Made by a program: the position numbers and the translations under genes. A stretch of DNA of 64,000 nucleotides from Octopus sinensis. Its lineage: Eukaryota. The notes under the pieces were generated by a model. That model was not told the DNA's origin. It made no database searches and saw only the letters and a list, made by a program, of their open reading frames with translations. Positions within the stretch are counted from its first letter, which is position 1, and each line of letters starts with the position of its first letter. Of this stretch, positions 51,447 to 63,609 are shown in pieces. The DNA lies in contig NC_043001.1 in NCBI RefSeq assembly GCF_006345805.1, positions 36,394,001 through 36,458,000 of the forward strand, given 5' to 3'.

Positions 51447-51617
51447 TATATATATATAATATAACGACAGACTTCTTCAGTTTCCGTCTACCAATCCACT
51501 CACAAGGCATGGTCGGCCCGGGTCTATAGCAGAAGACACTTGCCCAAATTGCCACGCAGTGGGACTGAACCATGTGGTTGGTTAGCAAGCTACTTACCAC
51601 ACAGCCACTCCTGCGCC
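51153..51617 (-). mobile_element. Full-length SINE family S1
   Basis: Reverse complement of the 25225-25612 type. Confidence 0.9.
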
Positions 51618-51852
51618 TATATATGTACATTTTTCTTATTTCTTTATCCGCTATTGACCATCATTGTTTTTGTTTGTTTTAGCTCTAACTTTAAATTATA
51701 CACAATTTTTGCTCCGGTCAAAAGTTCTTCCAGAGCAAGCATAGACTTTTGAGAGGATGAGAACATAGAAGGGTTATAAATCATATTACTTTCTTACATA
51801 GCCACAAAGCAACAAATGCATGAGACGTAAGCAGTCGATTATATAGCTCCAC

Positions 51853-52130
51853 CTAAGCTCCACGAGGCTCCTGCAGGGGATGGTGGTGATCCCTGCTGTA
51901 CTCTTTCACCACAACTTTCTCTCACTCTTATTTCCTGTTTCTGTTGTACCTGTATTTCAAAGGGCCGGCCTTGTCACTCTCTGTGTCACGCTGAATATCC
52001 CCGAGAACTACGTTAAGGGTACACGTGTCTGTGGAGTGCTCAGCCACTTACACGTTAATTTCACGAGCAGGCTGTTCCGTTGATTCGGATCAACCGGAAC
52101 CCTCGTCGTCGTAACCGACGGAGTGCTTCT
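51853..52130 (+). mobile_element. 5'-truncated SINE family S3
   Basis: Matches the body and tail of 22451-22830. Confidence 0.85.
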
Positions 52131-52753
52131 AAAAAAAAAAAAAACTAAAAAATATAGCTCCACACCATTGGACACACATTTTAATTACGTCTTTGTTTCT
52201 CACGCTAATATAAATATTCAGGCTAATATATAAAAAAAAATCAGGCCTATATAAAGATGGATTAAGATAACAGTTATAATAACACCTTATTATTTAACTT
52301 TTAGTATACTGAATTTTCTCTAGAATTATATCCCCTACTGCTACCCTGTTACTACACGGGTGGAAACGCGTATGGTGAAAGGATGCACCTACAGTGTGTT
52401 AAAGGTTAAGGTGAAAATGGCAAAATCGACTTAGCAATCACTTTTAGTTTGATGAACTAATCTAAAAGTATCAGCGACACTGTACTAACGAACAAAACTG
52501 GGATGACGCCATATTGTTATTAAGAACGTTCAAAAATGAATACTATTTTTCTGACGCTAAAAATTAAGATAAATAATGTGTTTTTGTTTTTAAAAAAGCT
52601 GAAAACTTCTCGTAGCACACCACTGGTGCAACAGAGGCTAATACTTAGGCTAGGAAAAAATACTTACATAAAATACACACACACACACACACACACACAA
52701 CACACACACACACACACAACACACACACACACACCACACACATACACACACAC

Positions 52754-52829
<76 letters not shown>

Positions 52830-52950
52830 CATGCTGCATTGTTTTTGTTTCGGCACACAATCTCAGATCAAATCACTTGCTATGGCAACTAAATCTCCGT
52901 AATACATATAGACATATATATATATATAAATAGGTAGATAGATAGATATA

Positions 52951-53129
52951 CTGTTGTATCTGGGGAGAGTCAGTTTCTTTTTGTGCCTTATAATGTAAGA
53001 CTACTGAAAAGGTTGCAAGACGCAACAAAAATTTTAGGAAAATAAAAATAAGAAATAAGTGGAAATTTTACCGGTGGGTGTGTTAAATTATAAGGCTAAA
53101 AAGAAAATGACTCTCCCCAGATACAACAG
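52951..53129 (+). mobile_element. Small Penelope-like element with about 44-bp inverted ends and hammerhead-like motif (53001-53037)
   Basis: Ends ctgttgtatctggggagagtca.. and ..tgactctccccagatacaacag; motif cta CTGAAAA G GTTGC aagac GCAAC aAA AATT T tag. Confidence 0.65.
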
Positions 53130-53239
53130 AATATGCTTCAACACACGAACTCATAAAAAAATCTTGCAAACCAAATCCAAAAACGAAATATATATATATA
53201 TGATGGATTCTCTTGTCGTGAACGGAAAATGAAGATACA

Positions 53240-53730
53240 GTAACATAAATCGTTAATCATGCTCTATAGATACGAATGTGTCTATAGACACAAATGTGTC
53301 TTGAGGCCTGCTGATGCCTTGTAAAACCTTTTGGCAAATGGAACAAGTTGCGGACTCAATTTGCTTGAGTGCTTGTGGATCATTTCTTACGTGTTTTCTC
53401 GAGTGGGCGGCAAGGCCTGCTTTGCTTCGTACTACAAAACCACAATGACAACTAAGGTTTCCATTTAGAGGTGCAGCGTTTTGCCAGTGTGCATTCATAC
53501 TTGCACGAAGTTGATCCCGGCTTTGCTCAGATTTTTGAACTGAGAAGAAGCAGGGCTGGCATCAGCTCCTGCGTTCTGATGTTTTGTTTTCCCAAGGAGA
53601 AGAGGGAATGTTGCATCGCTTCTGATTGTCTTTTAGCTTGAAGCGCAATTGGCCAAAGAAAAGTTGCTTCGGAATTTTGATATCTCTCGTACGTGAAAGA
53701 TAACCTGATCATCTAAGGCTGTATTTTGAT
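53240..53730 (-). pseudogene. RTE-clade LINE 3' fragment with C-terminal C2H2-like zinc-finger motifs
   Basis: IPKQLFFGQL (across frames); CHCGFVVRSKAGLAAHSRKH..CSICQKV. Confidence 0.7.
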
Positions 53731-54324
53731 AAGGATGGCTTAAAAAAGAATAAATATATATGTATGTATGTATGTATATATATATATATATATATACACG
53801 CGCGCATTTATCAAGGTAAAACTCTGTGCAGTTGGCTTGACACTTTGCGTGATAAATATGTTACTCTCCAGATGCATTATCTCTCAGGAGATCCCTAAAA
53901 ACCTGTTGACTTAATGATACGAAGAACTGTTATGTTATGATAAAGGCGCATGTTGGACGGGTTTGAAGAACTGATTTATGGAGATTTAATGTGTTTCTGT
54001 ACGTAATCCACTGATGAAAATGCATTGAAAATATGAATATGGAATAAATCAGTTTCTTGACTGGTATTTCCGATATCGATTCCCGAATACTGAAAGGCGG
54101 AGCAAACACTGGAGGAATTTAAAATAGTAATTTAAAGAATTGCAGCTACACTCGGATCTAAGATATATGCAAATCCAATATCTGTTTGCGGTGGATTCGA
54201 AACAGGACGGCGAAAATAATATACATCAAATCACAAATTTAGGGTGATAACATCGCCCAGATGCAAAATGAAAGATGCTTATAACCAAAAATTTAATACC
54301 ACAGATTTAATGATTTAGAATATT

Positions 54325-54535
54325 GATTTCAAATTTTGACACAAGGCCGGCAATGTTGGAGGAGTGAACAAGTCGATTACACCGATCCCAGTGTGCAACT
54401 AGTTATTTTATCGACCCCGAAAGAATGATAGGCAAAGTCGACCTCCGCGGAAATTGAACTCAGAACGTAAAGAGCGACGAAATGCCGACAAGCATTTTGT
54501 CCGGTGTGTTTAACTGGTCCGCCAGATCGCCGCCT
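54325..54535 (-). mobile_element. Old S4-like SINE
   Basis: tttatcgaccccgaaagaatgataggcaaagtcgacctccgcggaaattgaactcagaac. Confidence 0.75.
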
Positions 54536-54968
54536 AATTGATTCAGAATATAAACAGATGATAGCAATGATAAATAAAAAGCAAACAACAACAAAAAAAA
54601 AACAGAAATCAAAGGTCCTTCCCAAGCGATAAGCTTTATGGATTCTGTGGCATGTTTACGGATTCTGTGGTGTGGTTTACGGATTCTGTGGTATGTATAT
54701 TTCTCCCCTGGACGGTACGCCGTTCCGTCGGCTAATCATTCATTTCTGCCAATTGAGAGGATGAAGCAACGTTAAATGAAGTAGCTTGCTCAAAGTATAC
54801 AACGCATTATCCGTTACAAGAATCGAAACATACCTACGATCATGTGTGGAACACCCCAACCGCTAAGCCACAAGCTTCGCCTAATGGTAACTGCATATCT
54901 ACAAATATATATATATGTATGTATATACGTTATGTATCTATACATATATACGTATGTATGTATGTATG

Positions 54969-55748
54969 TTTTTTTCTATTTTTTAATTATTATAAATCTT
55001 CCACAGAGGAGAGAGTCGGTTTCCAACAAAGATACAATGCTCCATTTTTGGGGTGTAGTTAACACAGACAAATTCTCATTTGGAACTTGAAAACAGTTTT
55101 GCATATTTTTACAGTTCCACTCAAAATTTGCACTTGTAATGTACGAATTAGCCGATCAATTTCTCTTTCTGAAAATCCCAGTTTCTTCAGATTCTCCTTT
55201 AAGCTTTATTAAAAAGATCTAGTGCTCCAATTATTATTGGTATGAATATGAATTCATAGTCTGGATATAGAAGCTGGGGGTTTGAAAGCAGTTGTCCATA
55301 GATATCCTCTTTTTGTTTGATCTTCAAAGAGATATATATATATCTGCAAAGCAGCTGACCTCTATGATGGTACATACCTTTGCCCCTCAGTCTCAAAGAA
55401 CAATATCGGGCCTGTTATGCTTACATTTGACAGAAGTTTTGATAGGAATATTCCATCAGTATTCTTTGAGTTGGTGTTTGTGAATGTATTCCATAACAGG
55501 GATTTTCTAAGTTTATTGCAGGACAGTTTTCTTTTAGGATGGCATTGTAAATTGTTTTAGCAACAACACCGTGCCGCATAGGAAGGTAGTACTGTGATGA
55601 CATTTGAGCACAGCTGCTAATCACATGCGTAATGTCTTCCACAGAAACATGACATACCCTCACTTGTGGTTGCACCTTGGGATTACTAGAGCGTCACTGT
55701 CTCTCTTGTTCACCAGGTACTTTGTGGCAATCTCCTGTTCCTGGAAAT
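54969..55748 (-). pseudogene. RLE-type (R2-group) non-LTR retrotransposon, 5'-truncated 3' end, copy A
   Basis: QEQEIATKYL..RVCHVSVEDITHVISSC (CCHC knuckle relic), RHGVVAKTIYNAI, KIKQKEDIYGQLL..FIPIIIGAL; 3' UTR with A-rich end; (TATG)n-type repeats on both sides. Confidence 0.88.
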
Positions 55749-56203
55749 GTATGTATTATATATGTATGAGTATGTATGCATGCATGTACGTATATGTTTG
55801 TCTGCATATAAATGTACTCAGCATACTCACAGTACCTCAAGTCAATGAAAGGTATGCCTTACTGTTGAGACTAGTTGCAAGTAGTGTTAAAGCCGCACGG
55901 AAATATGTTTAGCAAATGACATACCTGTAAATTCAATGCTATTCTGTAACCAAAAGCATCGTATTCGTCATATGATATTCTAGAAACTATTATATTTACT
56001 AGCATATGAGTTTGCTATGCTTCTTTTCATTTCTTTTCTTTTATCTTTCCCTTTCATAAGGCTTCAGCGAAAAGTAACTGATTCATCTAAAAATGTTTAT
56101 TTCCTTGCAGCAGTTTAAGTAAAATATCAATAATTACATTCTAACACGATTTGTTACATTTCATGTACACACACACACACACACACACAAACACACAAAC
56201 ACA

Positions 56204-56245
<42 letters not shown>

Positions 56246-56717
56246 ACACACACACACACACACACAGACATATATACACACAGATTCATAATGCATACGT
56301 TCATACATACACATATATATATATATATATACTCTTTTTTACTTGTTTCAGTCATTTGACTGTGGCGATACTGGATCACCGCAGACTAGAAGAACGAATA
56401 TGAAATGAAGTGCCTTAACCAAATAACTACGCACTACCCGGTTAAGGAATCGAAGCGAAGACCTTATGACCGCACATACATACATACATGCATACATACA
56501 TACATACATACACACACGGACACATGCAGAGACACAGACAGAACTCATGCGCGCGCACACACATACATGTATATATAAGACGTTGCTCGAAACGTTAAAC
56601 CATCTTTCTTTCCTTCCCTGAGTGTCTGCTGATACTTTACATGTACTACGCCTCGCGTTGCGTATTTTTTTGTGGGTTTGTTTTTCTGTTTTGGATTTAC
56701 TATATTATATCTATCTA

Positions 56718-56759
<42 letters not shown>

Positions 56760-56761
56760 AT

Positions 56762-57055
56762 AATCACGTAATCGATGATGTTACTACACATCGCTGGTCA
56801 CAATGCGCTTCGCATTGTTTTAGCCTTCAAATGACGCCACCCCGTCGGCTAAGCGAGCTGGCCAGCAGAAGAAAGAGTGAGAGAAAGTTGTGGCGAAAGA
56901 GTACAGCAGGGATCGCCACCACCCCCTGCCGGAGCCTCGTGGAGCTTTAGGTGTTTTTGCTCAATAAACACTCACAACGCCCGGTCTGGGAATCGAAACC
57001 GCGATCCTGCGACCGCGAGTCCGCTGCTCTAACCACTGGGCCATTGCGCCTCCAC
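56762..57055 (-). mobile_element. SINE family S3 head and body joined to the TCACGTGA-type tail
   Basis: Head matches 22755-22830; tail matches 2690-2806. Confidence 0.8.
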
Positions 57056-57100
57056 ACACACACATACACACACACATATATACATATATATATATATATA

Positions 57101-57723
57101 CACGCGGGAGTGTTGAAAAGTTCCTAAATTCGGGTAAAAGAAAATACAAGAGGATCAGTTAATCATTATTTATAATCAACTAGCAGTAGCGCCCGGCGTT
57201 GCTCGGGTTTGTAAGGGAAATAACTATATAAGCATTTTTAGAGAGTTATAGCCAAAATATAGCAAAAAAAATTCATTAAAAATGGAAAAAAAATTATGGT
57301 AAATTTTTTTTTAAATCGTTGACACATCGTAGACATTTTTAGAGAGTTACTTTCCTTATTTAATAGCGAAAAAAAATGCATTAAAATGGAAAAAATGATG
57401 GTAATTTTTTTTTAAAATCGTAGACTCATCGTAGACGCGCGCTAATAACCAGAAGGGCTCGATATGAATCACGACTATAAGATACCCGGTTTTGGTTAAA
57501 CTGCACCGCAAAATGTGGGAGTAGTTAGGAATCTGAATCGTAGGAGACAGATACCACACAACTTCACTTTTATATATAAAGATATATTCCTCTCTCAGAT
57601 TCACACACTTATTGCAACGGTCTTTCACATTTTCTAAGCCCTGTGAAAGAACTCAAAAGCTTGAGCCTCTAACCAGACCTTTCGCGACATCCATAGAGCC
57701 AGGAACCTTCAAGCACCCCCTTG
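57101..57723. mobile_element. Mariner-derived MITE interrupted by a Helitron
   Basis: Imperfect TIRs cacgcgggagtgttgaaaagttcct and aggaaccttcaagcacccccttg, each flanked by TA. Confidence 0.7.
57180..57582 (-). mobile_element. Non-autonomous Helitron
   Basis: Minus strand starts TC and ends CTAG, subterminal hairpin (cccgagcaacgccggg), inserted between A and T; about 100-bp internal subrepeat. Confidence 0.88.
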
Positions 57724-58128
57724 TATTTGTGTGTACGTGTGTGTGTGAATAGGCGAAAGGTCACTGATAAGGTTTGAACGAGCAGCATTGATAGAAGAAA
57801 CGGTAAATGATCTAGACAGGTGCAGCGATATTTCTGTTATCCCCTTTCGATAATGCTAACTAATAAACTATAAGAACCATTGTATGGTAATTGATCGTTT
57901 CCTTCTTGCCTCAAATACTTATTATACACCATACACACACGAACACACACAAACACACATACACTTATATATATATATACACTAACATAGACACTCATGC
58001 ACGGACACATAAATATGTGCATGTTACCCTTCACTTACATGTGTGCATATGTCTCTATATGTAGTATATGTATGTAAGATTATCTAGTTTCATATATGTG
58101 TGTTTGTCTGTGTGTGTTTGTCTCTGTG

Positions 58129-58159
<31 letters not shown>

Positions 58160-58576
58160 ATATACTTTCGTGTTTAGGAGTATATATATATATTTGTATG
58201 TGCTTGCGTATGTGTGAGAGTGTTTCTTTGTGCATGAGAATGCAAGACCCTACAAAAGCGCATAGGACTCTTGAAAATTACAAATGAAATGTCAAACTGC
58301 GTACATCTATACCGAAATTCTAGTCATATAAACTATATAGAAAAATCCTTTGATGTTCCGAATAAAGAGCAATCTGAGAATATTCCATATAGATTCCTAT
58401 GAGACATCCAATAAATTTGCAACCTTTGGCAGAAAATATACATGTCCAGATTTAGTATCAAACTCTTTGTCATCGTATATTCTAGCATGCAGGATATAAT
58501 TATCCAGAAAATATCGTATGTTTGTTGAGCTTTATCTAATTAAACCACCGACCAGTGCCGACATCTGAGTGAATAA

Positions 58577-58612
<36 letters not shown>

Positions 58613-58780
58613 AACAAACATACACATACGTGCACAACACATTATTATATGTATGTATATGCATGTATGTATATATATATATATATATTATATTAAATTA
58701 GAGATAAAACCACTACTAGGCAAATCAAACAGTGAAAATCATAAGCCAATACATAGAAAAAGTTTGGATTTACTCCCTAA

Positions 58781-58811
<31 letters not shown>

Positions 58812-58852
58812 TATATGTGTATGTATATATGTATATATGTATGTATATACTC

Positions 58853-59105
58853 TTTACCCTTTCTACTCTTTTACTTGTTTCAGTCACTTGACTGTGGCCA
58901 TGCTGGAGTACGGCCATTATTCGAGCATAACGACCCCCACGACTTATACTTTGTAAGCCTAGTACTTATTCTATCGGTTGTCAAGCGATGTTGGGAGGAC
59001 AAACACAGACACACAAACACACACACACACACACATTTATATATTTATATATATTTACGACGGGCTTCTTTCAATTTGCGTTGGCCCGAGGCTATAGTAG
59101 AAGAA
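58853..59105 (-). mobile_element. Deleted S1 copy
   Basis: Tail and partial core in reverse complement. Confidence 0.75.
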
Positions 59106-59327
59106 ATTTGTCGAAGTTGACATATATGTATATATGTATGTATATGCGTATGTGTATATGTATACTTACATATATATAGATATTTACAGTTATATATATG
59201 TATATATATGTATTTATATTTAAGTTTGTATGTATATATTAATTATATTTTATTTGTTATGTATTTATGTATGTATGTATGTATGTATGCATGCATGTAT
59301 GTATGTATGTATGTATGTGTATGTATG

Positions 59328-59361
<34 letters not shown>

Positions 59362-59525
59362 TGCATGTATATATATATGTATTTATGAATGGCATGTATC
59401 TACGTATGTATATAAGTATGTAAGTATGCCATTGTGCAGTTTTATTTCAAGATTTCTTGCCAATATGAAAAGACCCATTTTTTTTTACCTAGATCCAAGG
59501 CTCCTTCATAATTGTATGTATGTAT

Positions 59526-60075
59526 CTTCTATTTTTTTAATTATTATAAATCATCCACTGAGGAGGAAGTAGGTTTCCAACAAAGATACAAGACTCCATT
59601 TTAGAGATGTAGTTAACACAGACAAATTCTCATTTGTAACTTGAGAAAAGTTTTGCATGTTTTTACTGTTCCACTCACAGATTTCACTTGTAATGTATGT
59701 ATTAGCCGGTCGATTTCTCTTTCTGAAAATCCCAGTTTATCCAGATTCTCCTTTAAGCATTTACTAACAAGACCTAATGCTCCAATTATTATTGGTATGA
59801 ATATGAATTCATAGTCTGGATATAGAAGCTGGAGGTTTCGTAGCAGTTGTCCATAAATATACTGTTTTTCTTTGATTTTCAAAGAGATTTTTATATATGC
59901 CGGGCAGCTACTTCTATGAAGGCACATACCTTTGCTCCTCTGTCCCAAATAACAATATCCGGCCTGTTATGCTTACATTTGACAGAAGTTTTGATGGGAA
60001 TATTCTACTAGTATTCCTTGATTTGGTGTTTATGAATGTATTCCATGGCAGGGATTTTCTAAGTTTATTTTAGGA
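59526..60075 (-). pseudogene. RLE-type non-LTR retrotransposon 3' end, copy B
   Basis: SCPAYIKISLKIKEKQYIYGQLLRNLQLLYPDYEFIFIPIIIGALG (ORF 59613-59948); same 3' UTR as copy A; (TATG)n on both sides. Confidence 0.88.
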
Positions 60076-60085
60076 TATACATTCC

Positions 60086-60115
<30 letters not shown>

Positions 60116-60116
<1 letters not shown>

Positions 60117-60437
60117 GGTGAAGGCGTGTGGCTTAGTGGTTAGGACATTCACTCACGATTGTAAGGTCATGAGTTCAATTCACGGTAACGCCTTCTGTCG
60201 TTGCGCAAGACACTTTATTTCACGTGGCTCCAGTCCACTCAGCTGGCAAAAATGAGTTGTACCTGTATTTCAAAGGGTCGGCCTTGTCACTCTCTGCGTC
60301 ACGCTGAATCTGAGAAGTGCGTTAGTAGTACACGTGTCTGTGAATTGCTCAGTCACTTACACGTTATTCTCACGAGCAAGCTGTTCCGTTGATCGTATCA
60401 GCTGGGACCCTCGTCGTCGTAACCGACGGAGTGCTCC
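60116..60437 (+). mobile_element. SINE with S2-type head and S3-type tail
   Basis: ggtgaaggcgtgtggcttagtggttagg.. to ..cctcgtcgtcgtaaccgacggagtgctcc. Confidence 0.8.
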
Positions 60438-60797
60438 TATGTATGTATGTATGTATGTATGTATGTATGTATGTATGTATGTATGTATGTATGTGTGTGT
60501 GTATGTATGTATGTATGTATGTATGTATGTATGTATGCATGCATTTATGTATATATGCATGTATGTATGTGTGTATGTACTTGTATATCGATTGGTGCAT
60601 ATTTGCAGTAGTTATAAATACTAGGTTGGTCTAGAACAAAATATCTCACGCCGTTACCTGGATGAAAAAAATTCTGTGTAATTAAGCGTTCATTACTCAG
60701 GGGTGTAGAAATTCCAAAGTTTGCGTCTGGGTACTCCAATAATAATAATAATAATAATAATAATTTGAAAAGGATTGACGTAACTCTTCACAAAGAT

Positions 60798-61212
60798 AAA
60801 CAGTCAAGACGAAGAGCGCGATTCGATTGTAAGATGTTTTTTTAGTTGAACGATATTTCAGTAGTACGTCTGTCTTTGTCAAGTTCAAAATAAGAAGTGA
60901 TAAAAATTCAAAATTACAAAAATTATTTACACTTATATATATTTAAGCTTGTATGTGTATATTAATATTTTATTCGTTATGTATGTATGTAAATATGCAT
61001 GTATATATATGTATGAATGGTATGTATCTACGTATGTATATAAGTATGTAAGTATGTCATTGTACAGTTTTATTGTTTTATTTCAAGATTTCTTGCTAAT
61101 AGGGAAAGAACCTTATCACTTCTTATTTTAAATTTGACAATGACAGACGTATTGTTGAAATATCATTCAATAAAATATCTTACAATCGAATCGCGCTCTT
61201 CGTCTAGACTGT

Positions 61213-61214
<2 letters not shown>
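60798..61214. repeat. Inverted repeat (about 105-bp arms) bracketing a locally duplicated segment
   Basis: 60798-60904 matches the reverse complement of 61113-61214; inner 60940-61110 matches 59215-59470. Confidence 0.8.
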
Positions 61215-61267
<53 letters not shown>

Positions 61268-61499
61268 CTCAAAAAAACTCAAAAATCAAACTTGTACTGA
61301 CTCTTTCGAATCTGATATTAACCCTGCGTTTAATAAAAAAAGAAAAACGAAATATGGAATAATGAATAAATGCAATATTACTTAATCATTACTTAGATCA
61401 TTTTTTTAAAATGATATTTTAAAAATTTCCCCTCGAAAACGATTAGAAAATGCATTTGTTGTGGTTTCGTTATTTACCCAAAGGACAGCTGCATGTTAT

Positions 61500-61912
61500 T
61501 TATTTCTTTATTGCCCACAGGGGGCTAACACAGAGGGGAAAACAAGGACAGACAAAGGGCTTAAGCCGGTTACATCGACCTCAGTGCGTAACTGGTACTT
61601 AATTTATCGACCCCGAAAGGATAATAGGCAAGGTCGACCTAAGCGGAATTTGAACTCAGAACGTAACGGCAGCCGAAATACCTATTTCTTTACTACCCAC
61701 AAGGGGCTAAACACAGAGAGGACAAACAAGGACAGACAAACGGATTACGTTGATTATATTGACCCCAGTGCGTAACTGGTCCTTAATTTATCGACCCCGA
61801 AATGATGAAAGGCAAAGTCGACCTCGGCGGAATTTGAACTCAGAACGTAACGGCAGACGAAATACGGCTACGCATTTCGCCCTGCGTGCTAACGATTCTG
61901 CCAGCTCGCTGC
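61500..61912 (-). mobile_element. Head-to-tail dimer of SINE family S4
   Basis: Junction aaagaaatag|gtatttcg at about 61681. Confidence 0.88.
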
Positions 61913-62417
61913 CTTACAGCTGCATGGTTATTATGTTCAAGCTTGTATAAAGAATGACTTTATCTCAGAATTAAAGAATAACTTTATTTCAGAACACGTA
62001 TATCTAGAACAGTCACACTAACTTTTACCTTCTACTTGAAAATAGTTGTGTGTGTAGTCTGAGATAGAATTGACTGCTACTTCAAACATAGTGAGATACC
62101 ACGGAGAGAATTATTCGTTAGCTTATACGTAATACCCTAACTTTATGAACAAAATGTCTACTTTCTGAGTAATTTTGCTGGTAGACGAAGTCTGCAAAAT
62201 TAGTTGGTGAGGAAACAGTATGTTATTTTCTTTTCTTGAAGCATATTTTACAGGTGTTGTACTTAAAGGTATACGTCTCAAGCCAGTAATGACGGGTGAC
62301 TTCGTCCAGGTGTTGTAGACGGTGTGGCTTGCTTGTACAGCTGCAGCGAAACCGCGATTGAAATACTTGGCGCTTTTTAACTTGTGTGCGTTCGTTGTGT
62401 GTGGGATGAGCAGGAAT

Positions 62418-62482
<65 letters not shown>

Positions 62483-62529
62483 ACAAACACACACACACAT
62501 ATACATACACACACACACACACACACACA

Positions 62530-62566
<37 letters not shown>

Positions 62567-63120
62567 GGAGCAAAATAATGGTTATCCGATTAGCTATCTC
62601 AAACAGCACAGATGTAAAAATGCTTTAAGAATAGGCATTGTTTGTCAAAGTAAATAACGAAAGAAACAATATTGATACATTCACACACACACATACACAT
62701 GCAAATACGCACACACACACACACACATATGGGTGGGGTGTCTTTGTATGCGTGAGTGTATGAGGGTGTGCGTGTGTTAACAGTTAGGGTATGCAAACTA
62801 ATCACTCCAGTTTTCTGTAGGTACTGTATTTCTTGAATATATATATATTAAAAAATTGACAGCTAGAAACTTCGTTAATTTAATGCAGATTTCATTTGAT
62901 GAGAATCCAATAAGGTTCAAAAATCGATTAAGATTTTCGTAGCTCTGTTTTTTTTTTAGTCCACGGAGAAATAACTAAATTAGTCCTGTTTCATACACAC
63001 ACACACCACACACACACACACATATATATATTTGACTCTATTCAATGTATGTCACAATTATGAACTGTTCCATCATACTCTTTAAACATATAGCATGGAC
63101 TCTCTTTATTATATAAAAAA

Positions 63121-63168
63121 AATTTTTTGATAAGGTTCGTTATTTCAAGAACCGAAACATGTTAAATT
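63121..63168 (+). ncRNA. Minimal type-I hammerhead ribozyme candidate, U3:A8 core variant
   Basis: aatttt TTGATAA GGTTC gttatttcaa GAACC GAA ACATGT T aaatt. Confidence 0.55.
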
Positions 63169-63402
63169 AAAATTTATCTAATATAGCGGCATTTTCAAAC
63201 TTCATTTTTTACAAATATATACCCACTCGTTTACGAGCTAATCTTATTATAAATATATATATATACATAATCAAAAGCGCAAAGTTCAGTTGTCACTAAT
63301 AGCGACCGACGGTACAGAGTATTGTTAGAAACAAGAGTCAAAGACTCTTATAGCCACAAGAAGCACATAGTCCATGTACTGCCAGTGGAGCGAGGCTACT
63401 GT

Positions 63403-63447
63403 ATAGCAAACTAGTTTCGCTTCGAATTAAATCTCATCAGTAGAGAC
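63403..63447 (-). ncRNA. Degenerate hammerhead motif, canonical core
   Basis: ctcta CTGATGA GATTT aattc GAAGC GAA ACTAGT T tgcta; mismatches in stems I and II. Confidence 0.45.
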
Positions 63448-63480
63448 TATTCCATCGCTTATGGTTAAGCTAAATCCTAC

Positions 63481-63520
63481 CTGGTAGTATATAGTCTTTA
63501 CCATAAGGATTAATGTATGA
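63481..63520 (-). other. Candidate 40-nt exon
   Basis: ccattttcctaag|TCATACATTAATCCTTATGGTAAAGACTATATACTACCAG|gtagga; open frame SYINPYGKDYILP. Confidence 0.25.
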
Positions 63521-63609
63521 CTTAGGAAAATGGTAATATATATATATATATATATGCTTCGTTTAGCCACTTTCGTTATTTCATAATTTGCTCATTACCA
63601 TATATATGT

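Noticed and set aside
54005-54045. CTGATGA..GAAA spacing
   Set aside because: Loopless stem II and unpaired stem III.
59558-59585. CTGAGGA plus GGAAG/TTTCC hairpin
   Set aside because: Antisense of the LINE 3' UTR hairpin; lacks GAAA and is not kept in copy A.
62123-62400. About 90-codon minus-strand open frame in unique sequence
   Set aside because: Two overlapping frames are open, splice signals are weak and no domain is recognised.
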